DNA of 32,000 nt, taken from the NCBI RefSeq assembly GCF_001017655.1, contig NZ_CP010904.1:2100001-2132000 (forward strand), read 5' to 3'. The notes below the pieces were generated by a model. The model saw only the letters and a program-made list of their open reading frames with translations. It ran no database searches and had not been told where the DNA came from. Below, one piece after another: positions 8,115-18,805 of this stretch. A program made the position numbers and the translations under genes. The first letter of the stretch is position 1, and each line of letters begins with the position of its first letter. The DNA comes from Kiritimatiella glycovorans (GTDB lineage: Bacteria > Verrucomicrobiota > Kiritimatiellia > Kiritimatiellales > Kiritimatiellaceae).

Positions 8115-9683
8115 CTACTCCCCTCTGCGGGAAGGCCGCAGCACGACCTTCCGTCCGTAAATCTGCTCGAAAAACCGCCCCTTTTCACGCAGGGCCATGT
8201 TCTCGAGGGTGACATCCCCCGGCCGGGCGGCCTCGATCACGACCCGGTCCGGCTCCACCGTCACACTCATATCGCGCAGATGCTGGGCGTGCCCCCGGTC
8301 GAGGGCGTCGGCTACGCGAAGGATCGAGGCCAGTTTACTGACCGTCAGCTTCCGGCTCCGGTCGAGCTGCATGTAGTCCTCGTGCGTCGGCCGCGGAACG
8401 GCGCGGCGGTGATAGCGCGCCACCAGCGCAGCCAGTTTGAGATCCTCGCCGCTCAGTCCGAAGATGTCGCTGTTCTCGATCAGGTACTGGGTGTGTTTGT
8501 GATGGCTGCGGTTGCTGATGTACGTGCCGATGTCGTGCAGCCAACCTGCCACGATGAGCAGCACTTCGTAATGAAAGGAAAGCTGATGCTCGTCACGGAG
8601 CGCATCGAAGAGTTTGCGCGCGGCCGTAACCACCACTTCCGCATGCGCGTAGTCGTAGTCGAATTTGCGCCCGACCTCCTGGACCGAGGCCAGGATCTGC
8701 TCGACGAAATCGGAGGTCCACGCGCTTCCGGCGGCCATCTCGGCAATCAGTCCGTCGCGCAGCGTAGGAGTGCCGGTGTACACGTAACGGAGGTTCAACG
8801 CCTCCGCCAGGCGCACCTGGGTGAGCAGCGCGGGACCCAGCGTCTCCGCGTCGCTGTACGAAAGATGATAACGGCGCACCAGCTCGTCCACGGAATAGCC
8901 GAGCATCTCGTCGGCCAGTTTAGCCAGCCGGGTGACGGCGATGCGCTGCACGGCGCCGCCCTGTTTCGCGCCGAGGCGCGCGGCGGCGAACCGCGCCTCG
9001 CCGCCCAGGTAGAGAATAACCGGGGATTTCCGCCCGCGGAACGTCTCGCGTATCTGGCGCACGCCGGTACGCGCCTCGGAGTCGAGGATCTCGCGCAGCT
9101 GCGCCTGCGGCTGGCGGTAGTCCTCCAGCATCTCGCGCAGCCGGAACGCGCCGATGCGGTAGGTGTGAGCAAAGGCCACGCGCCCCTGGCGGAACCCGAG
9201 GATTTCCGTGCTGCCGCCCCCCACTTCGACCACCAGAAGCTGGTCGCTGAGGAGCGCTTCGTGCTCGCGCAAAAGGGCCTGGACGCTGAAGAACGTCAGC
9301 CGGTTCACCTCCGCCCCGTCGATGGCCTCGACGGGGATGCCGGTGGCGATGTAGAGGCGGTCGAGGAAGGCGTCGCGGTTGCGCGCCTCGCGGACGGCGC
9401 TGGTGGCGACGGCGCGCAGGCAGTCGGGGTGATCGATCCGGTACTGGCGGAGCACCTCGCGGAAACTGCGCAGCACCCGCACGCACTCTTCGGTCGTCGA
9501 GAGCCGGATCCGTCCGGTGGTAAAGGTGTCGCGTCCGAGACCGACGCCCTGCTGGAGCGACTCGAGCATCTCGACGGATCCGTCTCCGGCGATCTGCGCG
9601 ACCGCCATGCGCACGGACGTTGCCCCGATATCGATCACGGCCCGCACCCGGTATTCCACCTGCTCTGTGGATCCCTGCTTCAA
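8115..9683 (-). CDS. ppx: Exopolyphosphatase / guanosine pentaphosphate phosphohydrolase (Ppx/GppA) with C-terminal HD domain
   Basis: ASKHA-fold motifs are present (AVIDIGATSVRMAV, VEVGGGSTE), and the HD region is WLHDIGTYISNRSHHKHTQYLI. The start is TTG at 9683, 4 nt after the upstream stop. No ATG lies upstream of the conserved DIGATS motif; GTG at 9659 is an alternative. Confidence 0.9.
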   Translation of the reverse strand: MKQGSTEQVEYRVRAVIDIGATSVRMAVAQIAGDGSVEMLESLQQGVGLGRDTFTTGRIRLSTTEECVRVLRSFREVLRQYRIDHPDCLRAVATSAVREARNRDAFLDRLYIATGIPVEAIDGAEVNRLTFFSVQALLREHEALLSDQLLVVEVGGGSTEILGFRQGRVAFAHTYRIGAFRLREMLEDYRQPQAQLREILDSEARTGVRQIRETFRGRKSPVILYLGGEARFAAARLGAKQGGAVQRIAVTRLAKLADEMLGYSVDELVRRYHLSYSDAETLGPALLTQVRLAEALNLRYVYTGTPTLRDGLIAEMAAGSAWTSDFVEQILASVQEVGRKFDYDYAHAEVVVTAARKLFDALRDEHQLSFHYEVLLIVAGWLHDIGTYISNRSHHKHTQYLIENSDIFGLSGEDLKLAALVARYHRRAVPRPTHEDYMQLDRSRKLTVSKLASILRVADALDRGHAQHLRDMSVTVEPDRVVIEAARPGDVTLENMALREKGRFFEQIYGRKVVLRPSRRGE

Positions 9684-9687
9684 GATA

Positions 9688-11154
9688 CTACGTCATCCCG
9701 TGGAGGTTTTTCTGATGTTCTTCGGACGTGTAGGCCGCCCACAGTTCCTCAAATCGCGCCCACGCCTCTTCGCGTTTACGCCCCAGCAGTTCGCACAGTC
9801 TGGCGGGCCGGTGTTCGTCTTTTGTTAACGCCTCGAGATGCACGTCGCAGTCGTGGATGTCGCCGAGCGCCGTCGCCAGGTCGTCGAGCCGATCGGCCAG
9901 GTCCTTCATGCCACCGCCGAAGACGGGGGCCGCGAATTCGGCGAAGTAGCGCAGCCGGCGCACCCGTTTCCTGAGATGGTGCAGCGCTTCGGGGGCGTCG
10001 CGCAGCGGGCCGGTCTCCGTGGCGGCGATCTCCCCGTTCAGCTTGCGGATTTTCTTCGACATGATTCCGGCGGCGGAGCGGGGTTTGTCTTCGCGTATCC
10101 GCTCGGGGATTTCGACGCGCGTCAACCGCACCAGATCCTCGACCAGTTCCGCGTACCACTCCGTCTCCAGGATCTCCGGAAGCTTCTTTTCAAGCTCGTC
10201 CCTGCGCGCACGCTGACGGTCGAGATAGGGAGGATATTCGGGATCGCCGGCCGCCGCGGACGTGAACTCGTCCGACTCGAGCATCTGCACCCAGACGTGC
10301 TGATCCCGGGCCTCGCTGAGCTGGTTGCACGCTTCCCTGATGCCGCGCTCGACGCGGGAGGCGGCGGTTGTTTTAAGCGGCCCCCGGAACAGACGCAGCA
10401 CCATCCGGAACCGCCGCGCGGATACCCGGTAGTCGTGGAGATATTCGGGATCCTTCCCCTCCAGCATCCCCGGCGTGTTGTCGCGCATCAGATCGTAGAG
10501 TGCGCAGAGCAGTTTGCGCGCCGCGGGCAGCGCATCGTCCTTCCCGCGAAGCACGCCTTTGAAGTTCGACGTCTTCTGCTTCCCCTCCCCGCCGCAGACC
10601 CGGAGCGGGAGCGGAAACACCTCGTCCCACAGGTCGGCCTTGCGCTGCGCGCAATCCGCGTTCGCGCGGTACCAGCGCGTCTTGACGTCCAGCCGCACCG
10701 CATCCTCCCGGAAGGACATCGCGCGGATCTTCGCGTCCTGAATGTGTCCGTGATCGAGTCCGTCCGCGACCCGGAGAATCGCGGCCAGACGCCGGACGCC
10801 GGGATCTTCGAGTTCCGGGGCCAGGTCCGCGAGCATGGACGATGCCGCTTCCGGGGTTCCGCGATGAGAGGCCGCCACCGCGGCCACGCGCCGCACCCGG
10901 CTCTCCTCCCATTCGCCGATTCCCTCGCGAAGGATAATCTCGGCGCTCATGACCTCGTGCTGCGGGGGATTCAGGGCGAACCCGATATCGTGCAGCCTCG
11001 CCGCGGTTTCCAGTACGTCCCGGTCGCCGGCCTCGAGCCCGAACACCGGGGCGGCGGCGTCAAAGAGGGTCCGGGCCAGCCTCGCCACATACTTCGTATG
11101 CGGGTCCTCGTTGCGGTAGAGCCGGCACAGCCTGTTTATTTCCTTCTTTTTCAT
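9688..11154 (-). CDS. HD-domain (Ppx C-terminal-like) protein fused to a CHAD domain
   Basis: The N-terminal HTKYVARLARTLFD...AARLHDIGF resembles the Ppx HD module. CHAD hallmarks are LHDYRVSARRFRMVLRLF, ARDQHVW, LHHLRKRVRRLRYFAEF and LGDIHDCDV. GGGAGG abuts the ATG with an unusually short spacer. Confidence 0.85.
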   Translation of the reverse strand: MKKKEINRLCRLYRNEDPHTKYVARLARTLFDAAAPVFGLEAGDRDVLETAARLHDIGFALNPPQHEVMSAEIILREGIGEWEESRVRRVAAVAASHRGTPEAASSMLADLAPELEDPGVRRLAAILRVADGLDHGHIQDAKIRAMSFREDAVRLDVKTRWYRANADCAQRKADLWDEVFPLPLRVCGGEGKQKTSNFKGVLRGKDDALPAARKLLCALYDLMRDNTPGMLEGKDPEYLHDYRVSARRFRMVLRLFRGPLKTTAASRVERGIREACNQLSEARDQHVWVQMLESDEFTSAAAGDPEYPPYLDRQRARRDELEKKLPEILETEWYAELVEDLVRLTRVEIPERIREDKPRSAAGIMSKKIRKLNGEIAATETGPLRDAPEALHHLRKRVRRLRYFAEFAAPVFGGGMKDLADRLDDLATALGDIHDCDVHLEALTKDEHRPARLCELLGRKREEAWARFEELWAAYTSEEHQKNLHGMT

Positions 11155-11167
11155 CCTCCCGATTCTC

Positions 11168-12616
11168 TCACTTCGCCCGCATCTGCGGGAAGAGGATAAC
11201 GTCCCGAATGGCCTCCGAACCGGTGAGCAGCATGAACAGGCGGTCGATTCCGATGCCCATGCCGCCCGTCGGCGGCATGCCGTATTCGAGCGACTCGAGG
11301 AAGTCGACGTCGATCTTCGACGGGTCTCCGCCCGCCTGCGCCTCGAAGCGCCGGCGCTGCTCGGCGGGGTCGTTCAGCTCGCTGTAGGCGGGTGCGATCT
11401 CCCGTCCGCCGATGACCAGTTCGAATACGTCGACAAAACGCGGATCGTCGTCGCACGGTTTGGCCAGCGGGACCAGTTCGGCGGGCAGCCGCGTCACGAA
11501 CGTGGGCGCGGTGAGGTGCGGTTCGATCTCGTGTTCGTAGATCTCCTGCGCGATTTTGCAGACGCTCCAGTCCGGCTCGACCTCGATCCCGCGCTTCTCC
11601 GCCTCGGCGCGCAGCTCTTCGGCCGGGCGCTCCAGCGCTTTTCCGCCGATCTCCTCCTCCAGGAGCGATTCGAACGTCACTTCACGCCACGGAGGAGTGA
11701 GATCGATCTCATGGCCGTACCACTCGGTGGTGAGCGATCCGAATATCTCCTCCGCGACTCCGGCGATCAGGTCCTGCGCGAGCCGCTGCATCGTGTTGCG
11801 GTCGCCGAAGGCCTCGTACAGCTCCAGCGCGGTGAACTCGGGATTATGGGTGCGGTCGAGTCCTTCGTTGCGGAAATTGCGGTTGAGTTCGAACACGCGG
11901 TCCAGGCCGCCGACGATCAGGCGCTTGAGGTAGAGTTCGGGCGCGATCCGGAAGTACATGTCCGCGCCGAGCGCCTGGTAACGGGTCTTGAACGGGCGCG
12001 CGGCGGCGCCGCCCGCCAGCGGCTGGATCATCGGCGTTTCCACCTCGAGGTACCCGCGGTCGCGCAGCATCCGCCGTAACGCGTCCATCATCGCCGTCCG
12101 CTTCCGGAAGAGTTCGCGGACGTCGTCGTTCGACATGAGATCGAGATAGCGCCGGCGGTACCGGGTTTCGACGTCCTGCAGCCCGTGCCACTTTTCCGGC
12201 GGGGTGCGGAAAGCTTTGGCGAGCAGTTCCCAGCGGTCGATGCGGATCGTCTTCTCGCCGGTTTTCGTCAGACAGAGTTCGCCTTCGACCCCGATCCAAT
12301 CGCCCAGATCGAGCCACTTGAACGCCTGAAAGGCGTCGGGGCCGACCCCGTCGCGCTTGACCATGAGCTGCAGACGCGCCGAGCCGTCGTCGAGATGCGC
12401 GAAGGCCATCTTGCCCATCTTCCGCACGGTCACGAGCCGGCCCGCGGCCCGCACGCGTCTCCCCTCCTCGAAGCTCGCCGCCAGGCCTTTGAGCGTATCC
12501 GTGCGTTCGAAGCCGGCGCCGTAGGGCGCATACCCCGCCTCCTTCAGCCTCTGCATGTTCTCCTCGCGCTGGGCGCGATACTCGTCCGGATTGCCAGCCT
12601 GGTCGTTCTCGGTCAT
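11168..12616 (-). CDS. lysS: Lysine--tRNA ligase, class II
   Basis: An OB anticodon-binding N-domain is followed by class II motifs (FRNEGLDRTHNPEFTALELYEA, GGMGIGIDRLFMLL). GAGGAG lies 7 nt upstream of the ATG. Confidence 0.95.
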   Translation of the reverse strand: MTENDQAGNPDEYRAQREENMQRLKEAGYAPYGAGFERTDTLKGLAASFEEGRRVRAAGRLVTVRKMGKMAFAHLDDGSARLQLMVKRDGVGPDAFQAFKWLDLGDWIGVEGELCLTKTGEKTIRIDRWELLAKAFRTPPEKWHGLQDVETRYRRRYLDLMSNDDVRELFRKRTAMMDALRRMLRDRGYLEVETPMIQPLAGGAAARPFKTRYQALGADMYFRIAPELYLKRLIVGGLDRVFELNRNFRNEGLDRTHNPEFTALELYEAFGDRNTMQRLAQDLIAGVAEEIFGSLTTEWYGHEIDLTPPWREVTFESLLEEEIGGKALERPAEELRAEAEKRGIEVEPDWSVCKIAQEIYEHEIEPHLTAPTFVTRLPAELVPLAKPCDDDPRFVDVFELVIGGREIAPAYSELNDPAEQRRRFEAQAGGDPSKIDVDFLESLEYGMPPTGGMGIGIDRLFMLLTGSEAIRDVILFPQMRAK

Positions 12617-12763
12617 AATCTAACTCCTCATGGTGAAGGCGCCTCAGGCTACAGGGAAAGGGACGAAGATTCAACCGGGGAAAGAAGACATGAGGGAACG
12701 GAAAACCTGAAGGCTGAGCATCCCGACGGCCCTGAGTGTGAAACCTGAGCGTAACACGGGACA

Positions 12764-15060
<2,297 letters not shown>

Positions 15061-15067
15061 CTGCACC

Positions 15068-16126
15068 ATGACCATAAACAAGCCGATCATCAGGATCGCC
15101 CTGCTGGCCCTGCTTCTCACAACCTGCGCCGCCCGTGCGGCGCAGGCGCCCCGCAACGTCATCCTCATGATCGGCGACGGCATGGGTGTCGCCCAGCTCA
15201 CCGCGGGAAAGATCGCGGCGGGCGAACTCGAGATGGAACGGATCCGGACGCTCGGGCTGATGACCACTCACTCGGCGAACGCCCTGGTGACCGATTCCGC
15301 CGCGGCCGGGACGGCGCTGGCGACCGGGCACAAGACGGACAACGGGGTCCTTGCGCAGACGCCCGACGGAAAACCGCTCCGCACCGTGCTCGAGGCCGCG
15401 GAGGAGCGGGGGCTGAAGACCGGTCTGGTCACGAGCTGTTCGCTGACGCACGCCACCCCCGCTGCCTTCGGCGCGCACGTTCCGGACCGCGACAGGGACG
15501 TCCGCATCGCCGAACAGGTGGCCGCCTGCGGGGTCGATGTCCTGTTCGGCGGCGGCGCGAAGTTCTTCAGGGCGCATTTCGAGTCGATGCGCGGGGAGGG
15601 ATTCACCATTGTGACGACGGAGGAGGCGTGGAATGTGATGGGCGCTCCCGCGCGTGCCGCGGCGTTCCTGGCGGAGAAGCATCCGCCGCGCATCACCGAA
15701 GGCCGGGTGCCGCTGGAAGAACTCACGCGTCGCGCACTCCTGATCCTGGAGGAGTCCGGCCCGGGATTCTTCCTGATGGTCGAGGCCTCGCAGATCGACT
15801 GGGGCGGTCACGCGAACGACACCGAATTCATTCTGAGCGAGATGCTTGACTTCGACCGGGCCGTCGGCGCCTGTCTCGATTTCGCGGAATCGGAAGGGGA
15901 TACCCTGGTGCTCGTGACCTCCGATCACGAATGCGGCGGGATGGCCGTCCATGACGGTTCCGTCGAAGACCGTACCGTCACCGAATGCGGCTATACTACG
16001 GGGTATCACACGGCCGTGATGGTCCCGCTCTTCGCCTTCGGTCCGGGAAGCGAGGCGTTCCGCGGTGTGCTGGACAACACGGAGGTGGGCGCGCGGCTGC
16101 TCGAGTGGGCGGAGGGAATCCGATGA
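15068..16126 (+). CDS. Alkaline phosphatase family protein with signal peptide
   Basis: ILMIGDGMG and TDSAAAGTALATGHKT (active-site Ser region), plus SQIDWGGHAND and TSDHECGG metal-site motifs, are present. N-terminal signal is MTINKPIIRIALLALLLTTCAARAAQA. Starts 7 nt after the ligA stop. Confidence 0.9.
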   Translation: MTINKPIIRIALLALLLTTCAARAAQAPRNVILMIGDGMGVAQLTAGKIAAGELEMERIRTLGLMTTHSANALVTDSAAAGTALATGHKTDNGVLAQTPDGKPLRTVLEAAEERGLKTGLVTSCSLTHATPAAFGAHVPDRDRDVRIAEQVAACGVDVLFGGGAKFFRAHFESMRGEGFTIVTTEEAWNVMGAPARAAAFLAEKHPPRITEGRVPLEELTRRALLILEESGPGFFLMVEASQIDWGGHANDTEFILSEMLDFDRAVGACLDFAESEGDTLVLVTSDHECGGMAVHDGSVEDRTVTECGYTTGYHTAVMVPLFAFGPGSEAFRGVLDNTEVGARLLEWAEGIR

Positions 16127-17286
16127 TCCGTTTCTTTGAGAACCGGGGCCTCCTCGCTCTGATTCTCGTGGGGCACCTGTCCTGCGTATGTGCCGGCGAT
16201 GAGCTGTTTCCCGATGTGCCCGGTACGGTGATCCATCACAGCCCCGCCTCAAGCGGCCAGTACATCGGAAGCCCCTCCATCGCGCTGCTTCCCGACGGTT
16301 CCTATGTGGCGGCCCACGACTTCTTCGGTTCCGGCCCCGACGTTCACGATACCCGGATTTACCGAAGCGAAGATCGCGGCGAACACTGGCAGCACGTCTC
16401 GACGCTACGCCAGTTCTTTTCCACGCTCTTTGTCCACCGCGGAACACTCTATCTGATCGGCCGCGATGCGGAGGCCGCCCGCGCCGTCATCCGGAAGTCG
16501 GAAGACGGGGGCCGGACCTGGACGACACCCGTCGACCGGCGTTCGGGCATCCTTCTCCGTGGCCGCATCCACTGCGCACCCGTCCCCGTACTGGAGCACG
16601 ACGGCCGGCTCTGGCGGGCGATGGAGTGTTTCGAGGATTCCGGCACGTGGGCCGAACGATCCCGCGCTTTCATGATGTCGGTGCCCGTCGACGCGAATCT
16701 TCTTAATGCGGAACACTGGCGCTGTTCGGAAATGCTCTCGTACGATCAGAAGCACTGGAAGGGCATGGGATGGATCGAGGGCAATGCCGTCGCCTCCCCC
16801 GACGGGGAAGTCCTGAACATCCTCCGTGTCGCCCGGCTTCAGGGAAAGGCCGCCGTGATTCACGTTTCGGACGACGGTCGGGACGCCCGGTTCGACCCCG
16901 ACACGGACTACATCCGCCTGCCCGGCAGCGCCAAGAAATTCACGATCCGCTTTGATCCCCACAGCGGCCGATACTGGTCGATCACCAACCACGGGCGCTG
17001 GTACGACCGGGTGCGCACCCTCCATCCGGGCTGGGTGCGCAACCGCGCCGTTCTGATTTCCTCTCCGGACCTGAAGCACTGGACGGTTCACGAAACCGTC
17101 GTGCAGCACCGCGATGTCTACCGTCACGGGTTCCAGTACTGGGACTGGCAATTCGAGGGGCACGATATCATCGCGGTTTCAAGGACGGCGTTCGACGACG
17201 GCATGGGCGGTGCACACAACTATCACGACGCCAACTTTCTCACGTTTCACCGCATCGAAAACTTCCGCCTCTGCTTCGATCGCTGA
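16123..17286 (+). CDS. BNR/Asp-box repeat protein, exo-alpha-sialidase-like beta-propeller, secreted
   Basis: Asp-boxes SEDRGEHW and SEDGGRTW plus a degenerate SDDGRDARF are present. N-terminal hydrophobic signal is MIRFFENRGLLALILVGHLSCVCA. The ATG overlaps the upstream stop (ATGA at 16123-16126). Confidence 0.8.
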   Translation: MIRFFENRGLLALILVGHLSCVCAGDELFPDVPGTVIHHSPASSGQYIGSPSIALLPDGSYVAAHDFFGSGPDVHDTRIYRSEDRGEHWQHVSTLRQFFSTLFVHRGTLYLIGRDAEAARAVIRKSEDGGRTWTTPVDRRSGILLRGRIHCAPVPVLEHDGRLWRAMECFEDSGTWAERSRAFMMSVPVDANLLNAEHWRCSEMLSYDQKHWKGMGWIEGNAVASPDGEVLNILRVARLQGKAAVIHVSDDGRDARFDPDTDYIRLPGSAKKFTIRFDPHSGRYWSITNHGRWYDRVRTLHPGWVRNRAVLISSPDLKHWTVHETVVQHRDVYRHGFQYWDWQFEGHDIIAVSRTAFDDGMGGAHNYHDANFLTFHRIENFRLCFDR

Positions 17287-17308
17287 GCGTGCGAGCGGAA
17301 ATGCAGCG

Positions 17309-18106
17309 TCAGGCCTGCCGCATGCATTCCACGGCATTGAGAAAAAGCTTGAGTCCCTCCCCGTATTCCGGAAACCGCCCCTCACCCTTCCTGTGATCCC
17401 AGCGCGGATGGTTCTCCGGGAAAAGGTACGCTTCGGGGTGCGGCATGAGGCCGAAGAGGCGGCCGGTCGGATCGCAGAGTCCGGCGATGGCGTTCAGCGA
17501 CCCGTTTGGATTGGCGGGATAGTCCTGCGCCGGCCGGCCTTCGGCGTCCGCGTAGCGCACCGGCACGCAGCCCGCCTTTTCGATCCCCTCCAGCACCGCG
17601 GCGTCCGGCGTGAAGACCTTGCCCTCGCCGTGGCGGATCGGCAATTCCATGCGTTCCAGCCCGCGCGTGAAGACGCACGGCGAGTCCGGCTCGAACCGCA
17701 GGTCGACCCAGTAGTTCTGAAAATGGCCGCAGTCGTTGCGCATCACGGTGACCGACGGGTTGAGCAGCTCGCCGTCGGCGGCCGGGACCAGCCCCATCTT
17801 CGCCATCACCTGAAACCCGTTGCAGACCCCCAGGATCAGGTGACCGTCCTCGACAAACCGTCGCAGCTCGTCGCGCAGGTGATGCCCCACCCGTACCGCC
17901 ATGGCGTGGCCGCTGCTCATGTGGTCGCCGTAGGAGAATCCGCCGATAAACATCAGCGCCCCGAAGTCGTGGATCCGGCCCGGGGCCGCAAGCAGATCGT
18001 TCAGGTGAACCCGGACGGGGCGCGCGCCCGCGCGCTCCCAGGCCAGCGAGGATTCCGCCTCGCAGTTCACGCCGTATCCCGTGATGATCAGTACGCTCGG
18101 GGTCAT
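17309..18106 (-). CDS. purQ: Phosphoribosylformylglycinamidine synthase, glutamine amidotransferase subunit
   Basis: Class I GATase features are the nucleophile elbow GVCNGFQ and the HGEGK histidine motif. The N-terminus LIITGYGVNCE is typical of the FGAM-synthase amidotransferase. Confidence 0.9.
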   Translation of the reverse strand: MTPSVLIITGYGVNCEAESSLAWERAGARPVRVHLNDLLAAPGRIHDFGALMFIGGFSYGDHMSSGHAMAVRVGHHLRDELRRFVEDGHLILGVCNGFQVMAKMGLVPAADGELLNPSVTVMRNDCGHFQNYWVDLRFEPDSPCVFTRGLERMELPIRHGEGKVFTPDAAVLEGIEKAGCVPVRYADAEGRPAQDYPANPNGSLNAIAGLCDPTGRLFGLMPHPEAYLFPENHPRWDHRKGEGRFPEYGEGLKLFLNAVECMRQA

Positions 18107-18303
18107 CGACGTCCCTTCCTGTGCACATGGGGTTTCCGGTCTGTCCGGCGCCGTTCGACGAGTCCGTGTAACGCCCGAAACGTCTCGTTCGCCTCTTCCA
18201 GCCAGTGGAGGCGCTGATCGGGCGTCATCTCGCGGAACCCGGTATGGCCGTCATAATCCTGCGGGCGGGATTCTCTAATGATCCTGACGGTGCGTTCATC
18301 CAT
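18103..18303 (-). CDS. Hypothetical 66-aa protein, partner of the upstream nucleotidyltransferase
   Basis: GGAGG lies 8 nt upstream of the ATG at 18303. The ATG overlaps the upstream stop by 8 nt (ATGGATGA), and the stop overlaps the purQ ATG (ATGA). I do not recognise any family. The track start (TTG at 18333) would overlap the upstream gene by 38 nt. Confidence 0.5.
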   Translation of the reverse strand: MDERTVRIIRESRPQDYDGHTGFREMTPDQRLHWLEEANETFRALHGLVERRRTDRKPHVHRKGRR

Positions 18304-18805
18304 TTTCGCGGCCTCCAGCCAGGAGATGTTCAAGGGCGGCGATATCGAGCAGGTCCTTGTCCCGCGGCGGATCGATGCGCTGCTTCAAAGACAGCAGTCT
18401 GCTCTTTGAGGCTACGCGCACCCTGCGCCCCTCAACATCCACCTCATCCGCATCTTCATCGAAGGCCTCGAAAGACAGCTCCTCCTTCAGAAAAAGGTCG
18501 AGGTGTCGCGCCGGCTCTTTCGGATCGAGAAAACTGAATACCACTGCGTGCTTCTCTTCGACGATCATACGGATGGTCTCCGGATCCAGAAGCGTCTCGG
18601 GCTCAAGGGGCACACGAGGCTTCAGTCCCAGGTCCTCCATCACCTTGATGAACCGTCTCATGTTTCCCTCGGTGAATCGCACGGCGACATCGAGATCAAG
18701 GGTGAACCGCTCGACGCCTTGAAGCACGCAGGCCACGCCCCCGCCGATGACATAGTCGACCTCCGCATCCGATAACGCCAGAATGATGGTGCGAAGGTGT
18801 CTCAT
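18296..18805 (-). CDS. Minimal Pol-beta-superfamily nucleotidyltransferase (169 aa), exact family unresolved
   Basis: The hG[GS]-x(9-13)-Dh[DE]h signature is present as YVIGGGVACVLQGVERFTLDLDV. The C-terminal helix VRVASKSRLLSLKQRIDPPRDKDLLDIAALEHLL is typical of small TA-type and resistance-type NTases. GGAGG lies 7 nt before the ATG at 18805, which overlaps the purL stop (TGATG). Confidence 0.75.
   Translation of the reverse strand: MRHLRTIILALSDAEVDYVIGGGVACVLQGVERFTLDLDVAVRFTEGNMRRFIKVMEDLGLKPRVPLEPETLLDPETIRMIVEEKHAVVFSFLDPKEPARHLDLFLKEELSFEAFDEDADEVDVEGRRVRVASKSRLLSLKQRIDPPRDKDLLDIAALEHLLAGGRENG

Noticed and set aside
18103-18303. The small partner ORF as a HEPN toxin, giving a canonical MNT-HEPN pair
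   Set aside because: At 66-76 aa it is far shorter than a HEPN domain. The only R-x(4-6)-H matches fall in a basic C-terminal tail (RRRTDRKPHVH) and are likely coincidental.
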